From Bacillota bacterium (GTDB taxonomy: Bacteria; Bacillota; Sulfobacillia; Sulfobacillales; JAIMBI01), in assembly GCA_021846565.1 (NCBI GenBank), contig JAJZWS010000010.1:508-64507 (forward strand): DNA of 64,000 bases, in the 5' to 3' direction. Below, piece after piece: positions 45,893-54,568 of this stretch. Both the position numbers and the translations under genes were made by a program. Every line of letters begins with the position of its first letter. Position 1 is the stretch's first letter. The notes beneath the pieces are model-generated. The model did not search any database. It had not been told where the DNA came from and saw only the letters and a list, made by a program, of their open reading frames with translations.

Positions 45893-47563
45893 ATGAAACA
45901 GATGAGCCATTCCCTGAACGACCAGACCAGGGAACAGACGCCCTCGTCCCCCGTTCCACTGGAGCAATCGCTGCAGCTGGGAGAATCCGAACGCCAAATC
46001 GGCTACTGGATCCAGGATGAAGTGCACTTTGGCCACCCACTGACTCCCCTATTTGCGTCGTTTCAGGTCCCCGCGCTCACTGTGGGAACCCATCGAGCCT
46101 TTGCCACCCTGTCGATGCCCATTCTCGAGTTTCGGGCCCGGCTGGTGGACGGATACTTTTATCAGTGGGCCGTCGAGGCGCCGGACGCCGAGGCGCGGGG
46201 ACAGCGGCAACGCCGCCTGATGGCAGAGGAAATCATCCCCTCGCATCCGGAGCGCTTTCGGCGCGTAGTCCAGGAGGAACTGCTGCCCCTGTACGCGGAC
46301 CTGGAGCGGCGGGCTCGCGGCCTCACGACGCGAGACGACGCGCTCGCCGCCCTCGAGACCATCGGTGCCGCCTATGACCTGGTGTGGCAGCGCCACTTTG
46401 AGTTGGTGCTGCCCCTCATGGCCGCACGGGGGGCCCTTGGCGACCTCCTGAAGCGGCTCACCGGCCGCGACGACCCTGCGGTGCTGAACGCCATTTTCGC
46501 AGGGGTCCTGACCAAAACGCTGGAGACAGACCGGGAACTGCGCCGATTGGCCGAGTCGGCCCCCCCGGAGGTGGCCCAAGCCCTCGCAAGCCCCCAGGCC
46601 GATTGGCTGGCCCGCCTGGAGGACACCTCCGCGGGCCGGGACTTCCTGACGCGCCTGGCAGCGTTCTTGGCCGAATACGGCCACCGCGCGGCCCACTCCC
46701 ATGAATTTGTGGAGCCTACGTGGGTCGAAGACCCCACGCAACCCCTGGCCCTGATTCGGACGTATCTGCGTCAGCCGTTTGCGTTTGATGCGCATGTGAG
46801 CCACCTCCTGGCGGAGCGCCAGGCAGCGCTGGCGACCCTGAGGGACGCCATGCCCGACACGCCGGAGCGCGCCGCGTTCGAGCGGCTCTACCAGCAGGTG
46901 CTGCCCTTCTGGGGTGTGGACGAGGACCACCACTTTTTTATTGATGCGATGCTGCCGGCCAAGGCGCGGCCTGTGGTCCTAAAAGTGGGCGCGGTGCTGG
47001 TGGCGGCGGACGTGCTGGCCGATGCTGAGGACGTCTGCTTTCTCTACCGCGACGAGGCCGAAGGTCTGCTGCGGGCGCCGGCCGACCGTCGGGCACTGGT
47101 GGCGGCTCGCCGGGCCGACTGGCGCCGCCAGCAAAAGACGGTTCCCACGTCCTACTTTGGTGTCCGGCCCGACAAGGACGATCCGCTGCAGGTGATGGTG
47201 TTCGGCGAGCCGGACCGCCCGCTGCCCATTGCGGCGGCCGACGGGTTAAAGGGTCAGCCGGCATCGGCCGGGGTGTACCGGGGCCGCGTGCGCGTCCTGC
47301 GCGACCCGGCGGAGTTCGGCACCCTCCAGCCGGGCGAGGTGCTGGTGTGCCGCACCACCACCCCGCCCTGGACGCCCCTCTTTAGCATCGCGGGCGCCAT
47401 CGTCACCGACGCCGGGGGCGTGCTGTCACATGCCGCCACCGTGGCGCGGGAGTACCGCCTGCCCGCCGTGGTGGGCGCGCGCATCGCCACCCAGGTGCTG
47501 TCCGACGGCCAGCTGGTGACGGTGAATGGCAGCACGGGCACGGTCACGCTTGACGGAGCCTAA
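45893..47563 (+). CDS. Helical substrate-binding-like domain plus C-terminal PEP-utilizer swivel phosphohistidine domain protein
   Basis: ATG after GAAGGAGGAATGAAACAG. The C-terminus GQPASAGVYRGRVRVL...VLVCRTTTPPWTPLF...TDAGGVLSHAATVAREYRLPAVVG is the mobile His domain. The upstream part of ORF 45743..47563 is discounted. Confidence 0.8.
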   Translation: MKQMSHSLNDQTREQTPSSPVPLEQSLQLGESERQIGYWIQDEVHFGHPLTPLFASFQVPALTVGTHRAFATLSMPILEFRARLVDGYFYQWAVEAPDAEARGQRQRRLMAEEIIPSHPERFRRVVQEELLPLYADLERRARGLTTRDDALAALETIGAAYDLVWQRHFELVLPLMAARGALGDLLKRLTGRDDPAVLNAIFAGVLTKTLETDRELRRLAESAPPEVAQALASPQADWLARLEDTSAGRDFLTRLAAFLAEYGHRAAHSHEFVEPTWVEDPTQPLALIRTYLRQPFAFDAHVSHLLAERQAALATLRDAMPDTPERAAFERLYQQVLPFWGVDEDHHFFIDAMLPAKARPVVLKVGAVLVAADVLADAEDVCFLYRDEAEGLLRAPADRRALVAARRADWRRQQKTVPTSYFGVRPDKDDPLQVMVFGEPDRPLPIAAADGLKGQPASAGVYRGRVRVLRDPAEFGTLQPGEVLVCRTTTPPWTPLFSIAGAIVTDAGGVLSHAATVAREYRLPAVVGARIATQVLSDGQLVTVNGSTGTVTLDGA

Positions 47564-48887
47564 AGCCCCTATCGCTCGGGGTTTGGTGCCGGCCATGCTC
47601 ACGGGCATGGTGCTGGTGCCGTTGAACTCGACTATGATCGCGGTGGGACTGGACGCCATTGCCCACCAGTTGGGCCTATCCGTGGCCGCGGCCGTCTGGG
47701 TGGTGTCGGCGTATCTCATTACGATGGCCGTCGTCCAACCGCTGGGCGGCAAGGCCGGAGACCTTTGGGGCCACCGCCGGCTGTTCCTGGCCGGCGCGGT
47801 CGTCTTCCTGGCCGGTTCTGTGATGGGCGCCGCCGCCGCATCGCTGCCCACCTTGATCGTGGCGCGCTGCATGCAGGCGCTGGGGGCCGGGGTGACGGCG
47901 ACGAACGGCAGCGCCCTCCTGCGCCGCTCCTTTCCCACCACCCTCTCCCAGGTGCTGGGCAACGTGGGGGTCGTGCAGAGCCTGGGGGCCGCGGCGGGGC
48001 CGCTTTTGGGTTCCCTGTTGATCGCCCGCTTCGGGTGGCCGTCGATTTTCTGGGTCAATCTGCCGGTGTTGGCGACGACCATCCTGTGGGGCTGGCGGGT
48101 GTTGCCTCCCGATGCCCCGCGGCTCCCGGCGCGACCGTTGGACATCCCCGGTGCGGTGGGGCTGGGCGGCATCCTGGTGAGCGCCACCCTGGCCCTAAAG
48201 AACCTGGCCGTCTGGGCCTGGCTCCTGATTCCGGGTGCGTTGGCCGCCATCTGGTTCGTACACCACGAACGCCGCGCGGCCGAGCCGGTGGTGAGCCTCT
48301 CGCTCTTTCGCCGGCCGGGATTTTTGGTCGCCAATGGATCGATCCTGGCCGCCAATGGGTTCATGTACACGCTGCTGCTGTGGACCCCCCTTTTTCTAAG
48401 AGCCCACCGGGTGCCGCTCACGACCGTAGGGGTCATCTTGCTGGGCTTCTCGCTGATGTCCTCGGGCGCCGCCTTCGGGGGCTCGCGCCTGCTCTCGAGC
48501 GGGCGGATGGAGCGAGGCGCGCTGGTGCGGCTGTCCTTTGCCGTCGACGCGGCCGCCATCGTACTGGCGTTCCTGTTGCCCACGGCCACTCAGGTGGGCG
48601 CGGACATGCTGGTGCTGTTGACGGCCGGACTCGGATCCGGCCTCGGGACCGTCGCGATGCAGTCGACGGCACTGTTGGCCGCGCGCCGCGACCAAGCCGG
48701 TACGGCTTCGGGCGTCTATTCGACGTCGCGCTACCTGGGCAGCATTTTGGCGTCGGCCGCCCTCTCGTGGCTGGTGCCCTTGCCCCCCTTGTATCTGGCG
48801 GTACTGGGCGCTGTCGCCCTGCTCGGCATCCTGATGAGCTTTGGCTATCCGCGACCGCTGGCGACTTCCCGCACCCTGTCCGCCTGA
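47526..48887 (+). CDS. MFS transporter, DHA (drug:H+ antiporter)-like
   Basis: The basic N-terminus then TM1 LVPAMLTGMVLVPLNSTMIAVGLDAI favours the ATG at 47526, which overlaps the upstream gene by 38 nt. About 14 TM segments. Confidence 0.75.
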   Translation: MAARARSRLTEPKAPIARGLVPAMLTGMVLVPLNSTMIAVGLDAIAHQLGLSVAAAVWVVSAYLITMAVVQPLGGKAGDLWGHRRLFLAGAVVFLAGSVMGAAAASLPTLIVARCMQALGAGVTATNGSALLRRSFPTTLSQVLGNVGVVQSLGAAAGPLLGSLLIARFGWPSIFWVNLPVLATTILWGWRVLPPDAPRLPARPLDIPGAVGLGGILVSATLALKNLAVWAWLLIPGALAAIWFVHHERRAAEPVVSLSLFRRPGFLVANGSILAANGFMYTLLLWTPLFLRAHRVPLTTVGVILLGFSLMSSGAAFGGSRLLSSGRMERGALVRLSFAVDAAAIVLAFLLPTATQVGADMLVLLTAGLGSGLGTVAMQSTALLAARRDQAGTASGVYSTSRYLGSILASAALSWLVPLPPLYLAVLGAVALLGILMSFGYPRPLATSRTLSA

Positions 48888-48930
48888 CGCCGCGGCCCAC
48901 CCACAAATCCCCACGGGGAGAGGCGAAGGA

Positions 48931-48963
48931 ATGCGGGGCGGCGTGTCGAAGTGCGTCGAATGA
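48931..48963 (+). promoter_or_regulatory. Candidate 10-codon leader ORF (MRGGVSKCVE) translationally coupled to the downstream MFS gene
   Basis: GGGGAGAGG lies 7 nt before ATG 48931. Its TGA (48961-63) overlaps ATG 48960 of the MFS gene (ATGA). The MFS ATG has no SD of its own. Confidence 0.3.
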
Positions 48964-50219
48964 CCAACGAGCCTCCTGAGCGCCCGAACGCCGGCATCGT
49001 AGACGAGCAGCAGCTTCACGAACCTTTCAATCTACGGGTGAACACCTGGCATGGTGCGGCGCAAAATGCGGCCATCAGCCTGGTGCAGCCTTATCTGGGC
49101 ATCGACCTGTTGCGGCTCGGGGGCAGCGACTTTGAGGTGGGGCTGTTAAGTTCTCTGCCGCCGCTGGCCAGTACCATTTCGACACTGGTGGGGGCGCGGT
49201 GGATTGCGGGCACCCGCCATCCCAGCCGAGTGACCAGCTGGGTGTTTGCGGCCGCCCGCGCTGCCTTCTTGGGGTTCGTGGTGCTGAACTGGACCCGCGG
49301 TCCCAGCGCGCCCCTGCTGTTTGTCCTGCTGGTGGGGGCCATGAGCATCCCCGTGGCCATCTCGACGGTGAGCTGGCAGGCGATCATCACGGCGCTGTTT
49401 CGGCCGGATGTGCGCGGCCAGGCCATTGGCAACCGCACCCGGGCGGCCAGCTTCGTCGCCGTGGCCGTCACCATGCTGGGCGGAATTCTTATCGGCAGGG
49501 CTCGAGGCACCGTTGCCTACGGCTGGTTGTTTCTGCTGGGCGCTGGGGTGGCGGTGCTGGAGGTGCGTCTGTTTTCCCGCCTCAGGGGGGATCCCCGCGT
49601 GCAGACGCTGCCGCCCAATCTGTGGCAGGCGGCCCAGCGGCTGTTTCGGCGCCCGGCCTTTCGGGGCTACACGCTGGCGAGCCTCCCCTTTTATCTGGGC
49701 TGGATGATGGCCTGGCCTCTATTTCTGCGCTACGAAGTCAACATTGCCCACGCGAACAATTTCTGGATCGCCGCCTACGCGGCCACCAACGGGCTGGCGG
49801 GGGCCCTGACCAGCCGGGCGTGGATCCGCGTCGCCAACCGCATCGGGGTAGGGATGGCGCTGCCCATTGCCATCGTGGGACTGGCCTTTGTGCCGTTCAC
49901 GTTTGCCCTGCATCCGAACCTGCCGGAACTGCTCATTCAAAGCGTCATCGGGGGCGCTATGGGGTCGGGTGTGACGCAGATGCTGCTGCTGCGCCAAATG
50001 GAAGTGGTCCCGGAGGAAGACCGCATCGTGGGCATGGGCGTGGCCAACACGCTGGTGGGCGCGGCCGGCGTGGTCGGGCCGCTGGCGGCCACGGGGCTGG
50101 CCGTGTTTATCCCCATGCCGACCGTATTCTGGATCCCATTTGCGTTTCGCCTCGGCGGCGGCCTCGCGTTTCTCGTCGCCCTGCGCACGAGCCGCGAGCC
50201 TGCGTTCCGTCCGGGCTGA
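48960..50219 (+). CDS. MFS transporter
   Basis: A profile of about 12 TM segments. Start taken at MTNEPPERP; ORF-track start is 48951. Confidence 0.75.
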   Translation: MTNEPPERPNAGIVDEQQLHEPFNLRVNTWHGAAQNAAISLVQPYLGIDLLRLGGSDFEVGLLSSLPPLASTISTLVGARWIAGTRHPSRVTSWVFAAARAAFLGFVVLNWTRGPSAPLLFVLLVGAMSIPVAISTVSWQAIITALFRPDVRGQAIGNRTRAASFVAVAVTMLGGILIGRARGTVAYGWLFLLGAGVAVLEVRLFSRLRGDPRVQTLPPNLWQAAQRLFRRPAFRGYTLASLPFYLGWMMAWPLFLRYEVNIAHANNFWIAAYAATNGLAGALTSRAWIRVANRIGVGMALPIAIVGLAFVPFTFALHPNLPELLIQSVIGGAMGSGVTQMLLLRQMEVVPEEDRIVGMGVANTLVGAAGVVGPLAATGLAVFIPMPTVFWIPFAFRLGGGLAFLVALRTSREPAFRPG

Positions 50220-50446
50220 CGCAGCGCCCTGGGCTGGCGCCCGGGACGGAAGGTTTTCTCCCCACGCCCGGGGATGATACGATGAGCTCAATGAGCGTGT
50301 GGGCCATGCGGGCACCCTTTGCCCGCACGAAGCCGCCACCGACGAATGTTTGTTGTGGTTGGAGTTGCCGTTGGCGTGTGACGGCTTTTCTGACGAGCCG
50401 CGCTCACGTTTCCTGCATGAAGAGTGGCAAGGTGAGGTGAAAGGGT

Positions 50447-51103
50447 TTGTTGGTCACACGCGCGGGTCCCCCGCCCGAGGGGGACGCCCCGCATCCTCTG
50501 CTAGTGCTGTTGCATGGACTCGGAACCAACGAGGGCGATCTGACGCCGATGGCGGATGGGCTGGACCGCCGACTCCAGTTGGTGTTTGTGCGCGCACCCG
50601 AATCGGCCCCGGCCATCGAAGGAGGCTACCAGTGGTTTGCCCGCGGCGAGCCGTCGGAGGCGGCGCTCGCAGGGGCCTTGGCTTCCCTCCGGGACACCCT
50701 GACGGTCCTGGTGACCAGCGCTGTGTCGGAAGGCGCGACCCCTCCGCTGTTTCTAGGGGGATTCAGCCAGGGGGCCACGGTGGCGATTGCTTACGCCTGC
50801 CGGGAACCCGCCCCGCCGCTGGCGGGGCTCATTCTGCTGTCGGGCTATCTGCCCGAGGTGGTGGCCGTGCCGCCGTTGCGCGGGCTGCCGGTATTTTTGG
50901 GCCACGGCCAAGATGACCCGGTCATCGAATATGCCCGGGGGCGCGCCATGGCCGACCGCCTGGCCATGGCCGGCGCCCGCCTGATGCGGCGCATGTATCA
51001 GCAAGGGCACACGGTGAGCCCACAGGAGCTGGCGGACGTCGATGTGTTTCTCAAGGGCCGTTTGAGGCAGGCGCGCCGCGTCGTCCCGCCCGTCACGCCC
51101 TGA
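50447..51103 (+). CDS. Phospholipase/carboxylesterase family alpha/beta hydrolase
   Basis: LLHGLGTNEGDL, a nucleophile elbow GFSQGA and a distal GHGQDDPV. TTG start after AAGGTGAGGTGAAAGG. Confidence 0.8.
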   Translation: MLVTRAGPPPEGDAPHPLLVLLHGLGTNEGDLTPMADGLDRRLQLVFVRAPESAPAIEGGYQWFARGEPSEAALAGALASLRDTLTVLVTSAVSEGATPPLFLGGFSQGATVAIAYACREPAPPLAGLILLSGYLPEVVAVPPLRGLPVFLGHGQDDPVIEYARGRAMADRLAMAGARLMRRMYQQGHTVSPQELADVDVFLKGRLRQARRVVPPVTP

Positions 51104-52019
51104 GCGCCACCGCGACGGCGCCCGCCACCCCGACGTCGGCGCCCAGCGCGGCGCCGACGAGCGTCATGCTGCTTAAAAGGTCGGGCATGGCATAGCGTGG
51201 CATGGCTTCGCGAATCGGGTCCAGGAGCAGAGCCCCTACGGCCGCCACCCCGCCGCCCACGACAATCCGCTCAGGGTTCATCAAGTTGACCAGCAGGCCA
51301 AACGCCCAGGCCAACCGGTCCGCGGCGTGCCGCACAATCTCCCGGGCCACCGTGTCCCCCGCCCGCAGCGCCTCGAACACCTCGGGCGCCTCCAAAGGGC
51401 CGTCGTACGCCCGAAACCACGCCGACGCCTCGCGCCGCTCCTCGGCCATCCGTGCCAGGGCGGTCCCGGACGCTTCCGTTTCCAAGCAGCCCGTAAGGCC
51501 ACAGTGGCAGCGCACCCCCCCGGGATTGGCGATGACGTGCCCCAGTTCCCCGGCGTTCGCGGCGGTGCCGCGAATCAGGTCGCCGTGCGCAATGAGACCC
51601 GCGCCAATGCCGGTCGACACCGTGACATACACCATGTCGTCCGCGCCCCGCCCCGCCCCGTACTGCCATTCTCCCAGCGCCGCCGCCGTCGCGTCATTTT
51701 CCAAAACCACCGGCATGCGCAGGCGATCGGACAGCCCGCGCTCGATGGCCAGCTCCTCCCAGCCCGGCAGATTCGACGGCTTCAAGAGGCGCCCGGCTCG
51801 GCTGTCCAACGGGCCGGGCGACCCCACCCCCACCGCGTCCGGTGCGATCCCCGCCGGCGTGAGGGCACGGAGCCGATCGGCCAACGCGTCCAGAATGGCT
51901 TCCCCGCGGCCCAATTCCCCCGTCGGCACCCGCCGCGTGGCCACCAGGCGCCCGGTCTCGTCCCCGACCGCCATCTCCACCTTGGTGCCCCCCACGTCGA
52001 TCGCATAGACATACCGCAT
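51093..52019 (-). CDS. ROK family glucokinase
   Basis: MRYVYAIDVGGTKV, LENDATAAALGE, GELGH and the zinc motif CHCGLTGCLE. Confidence 0.85.
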   Translation of the reverse strand: MRYVYAIDVGGTKVEMAVGDETGRLVATRRVPTGELGRGEAILDALADRLRALTPAGIAPDAVGVGSPGPLDSRAGRLLKPSNLPGWEELAIERGLSDRLRMPVVLENDATAAALGEWQYGAGRGADDMVYVTVSTGIGAGLIAHGDLIRGTAANAGELGHVIANPGGVRCHCGLTGCLETEASGTALARMAEERREASAWFRAYDGPLEAPEVFEALRAGDTVAREIVRHAADRLAWAFGLLVNLMNPERIVVGGGVAAVGALLLDPIREAMPRYAMPDLLSSMTLVGAALGADVGVAGAVAVALRA

Positions 52020-52188
52020 CCGTGCCGCCCTCTTTCTTGCGTCGTGTTGGTCGCCTGTCCATGACCGTTCGTCCCCGTGCGCCTACCCGTGTCCCCGCCC
52101 CAACCAGTCCCGAGTCCTTCCCATTCTACCCGCCCACACAAGGATCCCCCCTCGCGACCCGACGTCGCGGGGGTTGTTGGGGCCCGGG

Positions 52189-53024
52189 TCAGCTGTGCGC
52201 GGAGATGGTCCAGTGGGTCGAGTAGTTGTACGGGGTGATTGGGTTGAACCGCTTGTTCATCCCGTGCAGGCACGTCGCCACTCGCTGCACCCCGTCGGTT
52301 CAGACATCCACAGCACCGCAAGGTGCTTGGCGGCGAACAGCTCGCAGGCGTCCGTCCGCGCCGCGGCCTGGCTCGTGATGGCCCGCGCGTACCTGGCGTT
52401 GATCAGCGCGGTCATCGTCGCGTTGCTGTCGCCGCCCAAGTCGGCCGCCGCACCACCGCAGACCAGCCATTGCTCCACGTCAATGGCCACTTGGCCGCCT
52501 GGGCAAAGGGCATGCCCTTGCGCATGGCATCGATGCCTTCCTGGGTCCGGTCGCGTGGTGACCACGGCGCTTTTCTACCTGGCCGGCAGTCCGCCGATGC
52601 CCGATGCACCGTACACCCATGCCGGCGGCGGCGGGCTCGCGCCCATCAGGACCTGCCGGGACACCAGCGCGTCCGCGGCCGTCACCGGCGCGCCGAACCA
52701 GTGCCACTTGGGGTTCATGTGGACCGTGTACCCGGTGTCGTTGTGCAACACCGTGATGCGGGACGCCAGCGACCACCCGCAGTTGATGGTGTCGATCTTC
52801 GAAATGGGCACAAGCGGCAGGCAGATCATGTTCGAGGCTTTCAAGTTGCCGGTGCTGCACACAGACACCGGGTTCGTCGGAAACCACCAATTTGGTTGAA
52901 ACTGCACTGTTCAGCGTGAGGACGGTGGTGGACCCGGCGGCCGCCCACGCGCCCCCGCCACGTGCCGCCTGGGTCATGAGAGCCGCGACCAACCCCCCAG
53001 CACTCCCAACGTCACGCGTGTCAT
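52189..53024 (-). pseudogene. Multiply frameshifted gene for a secreted protein of unrecognised family
   Basis: At least five in-series pieces in alternating minus-strand frames. In order: MTRVTLGVLGG / GLVAALMTQAARGGGAWAAAGSTTVLTLNSAV / QFQPNWWFPTNPVSVCSTGNL...GASGIGGLPA / GRKAPWSPRDRTQEGIDAMRKGMPFAQAAKWPL / AIDVEQWLVCGGAAADLGGDSNATMTALINARYARAIT...AVLWMSEPTG / MNKRFNPITPYNYSTHWTISAHS-stop. The first shift is at a G6 run. Confidence 0.45.
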
Positions 53025-53026
53025 AC

Positions 53027-53647
53027 CTAAGCGCCTGCAGGGCGCTCGTCGAACACGCCAGAAACCGCTGGTTTCCCACCGGTTCCAGCGCCGATTCGTC
53101 GACCGGCGCATGTGGCCACGGGGTTTCTGTGGGAGCCGAGGCAGCTCCCTTTGGGACCGATGCGGCCCGAGCGCACGCAGGAGGGGGCGCCTTCCGGGGT
53201 ACGGCAACGAGCGACGTCCGTCACGTCGCCAGTGCCCCACACCGCCAATTCGGGAAAGCTGGCCCGATAGATGGCGAGGTCCCGGGTTAAGAGCGATCCC
53301 ACCCCGGCCGCGTCGGCGCCTATCACGAAGTCCGCCAAAATCCTCCGCAGAGCTACGGTCTCGGCCTGACGGCGTCGGGAGACGTACTGGGCGTACGCAA
53401 GGCCCGCGGAACGCCACACCGACTGGCCGAGATCCCAATCCACCCTGATGCCGGCCGCCTGAACCACGGCCACCACGTCGTCATCGGTGCGGTCCGGATA
53501 TGCCAGCAGCTCCGCATAAACTACTCCACACATGACCTGGGCCCCCACGCCGATGCAACGTATCCAACGCCCGGACGGCTCGCGAGAAGGGAAGTCATCA
53601 CCGGCTAGCAAATCCACCACGCTGTTGGTGTCAACCGCTGTGCTCAT
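53027..53647 (-). CDS. vapC: PIN-domain ribonuclease toxin (VapC-like) with an unusual ~65-aa C-terminal tail
   Basis: MSTAVDTNSVVDLL (Asp1), YAELL (Glu), ADFVIGA (Asp) and LLTRD (Asp). The PIN core ends near residue 140, but the ORF runs on to 206 aa in low-complexity sequence. Confidence 0.7.
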   Translation of the reverse strand: MSTAVDTNSVVDLLAGDDFPSREPSGRWIRCIGVGAQVMCGVVYAELLAYPDRTDDDVVAVVQAAGIRVDWDLGQSVWRSAGLAYAQYVSRRRQAETVALRRILADFVIGADAAGVGSLLTRDLAIYRASFPELAVWGTGDVTDVARCRTPEGAPSCVRSGRIGPKGSCLGSHRNPVATCAGRRIGAGTGGKPAVSGVFDERPAGA

Positions 53648-53653
53648 GGCATG

Positions 53654-53893
53654 TCATGGCCTCGCAAGTCCCAGCCAGGCGTCCACCTCCTCGGGGTGCT
53701 TGCCTGCCCCCTGGCGCCAGTGACCAGCGAGACGTTGGAACACCTCCCCGGAACGCCCGGGCATGACCCGGACCCCATCTGGCTGCACGTCGAACAACAG
53801 GTCGTCTCCCTCGTTCACTCCAAGGGTTCTGCGGACAGGCATGAGCACCGTTATCTGCCCCTTGCTCGTAACCCGAGCGCGGTACTGCGCCAC
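53654..53893 (-). CDS. vapB: AbrB/SpoVT-type antitoxin (VapB-like)
   Basis: GTG 7 nt after GGGAGGTG. Swapped-hairpin motif RVTSKGQITVLMPVRRTLGVNEGDDLLFDV. The stop lies 6 nt before the toxin ATG. Confidence 0.65.
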   Translation of the reverse strand: MAQYRARVTSKGQITVLMPVRRTLGVNEGDDLLFDVQPDGVRVMPGRSGEVFQRLAGHWRQGAGKHPEEVDAWLGLARP

Positions 53894-54148
53894 CGTCCGC
53901 CACCTCCCTGGCCTACTCCACGGGCACGGTGTCTTTCCAACCAACCTTTCCGATAGTTTTTACTTACACACCTTGCCACCGGTCACGACGCGGGCCAACA
54001 GCCCGACACGGCTGGCGCGTGGTGCCCGACCCTCTGTCCGTCAGCGGTACCGGGCAGCTCACTCTCGTCGATGCCGCCGCCGCGACGGCGGCGACCGAGC
54101 TCCAGTGGGCGGGGGCGGTGTAACCCTGGGCGCCTGAGGCCGGTCCCC

Positions 54149-54179
54149 GGTGCGGGGCGACGGTCCGTCGCCCCGCACC
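54149..54179. repeat. 31-bp perfect palindrome (15-bp arms, 1-nt centre)
   Basis: GGTGCGGGGCGACGG-T-CCGTCGCCCCGCACC, read directly. It lies in ORF-poor DNA between vapB and tkt. Confidence 0.9.
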
Positions 54180-54568
54180 CATGTCCTGCGACGCGGCCCG
54201 CGAACGTGGGGCCCGGGTGGCCACACAGGGCGGGACGCTACAACTGGCCTCCAGTGAGGCACAGGCCCGAATGCTTCTCCAAGGACGAGTTACCCCGCGA
54301 AGTCTGGATGCCTTGGGGTTGGACACTTGCATGGGCACCACTTTTCCAACTGTGCCGGTGGACAACATTGGGCACAACATACCCAACGGGTCGTGGAGCG
54401 TGGGTGGGCGCTTTCTGCCGAACGCAGCGCAAGGTTGCGTCGCGAGCACCGCCTGCGGGTCGCGGACCGGCGGCTCCGTCTCCTCGGGGCACCGCGTGGC
54501 GGGACACCCCAGGCCATGGGCCAGCCGGCGATTACACGGTCGCGGCGTCCCGTCATCCGAGGCCGCTG

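Noticed and set aside
52174-52919. Plus-strand ORFs 52174..52899 and 52323..52919
   Set aside because: They are antisense to the frameshifted but clearly protein-like minus-strand reading, and their translations are A/R/P-rich with no motifs.
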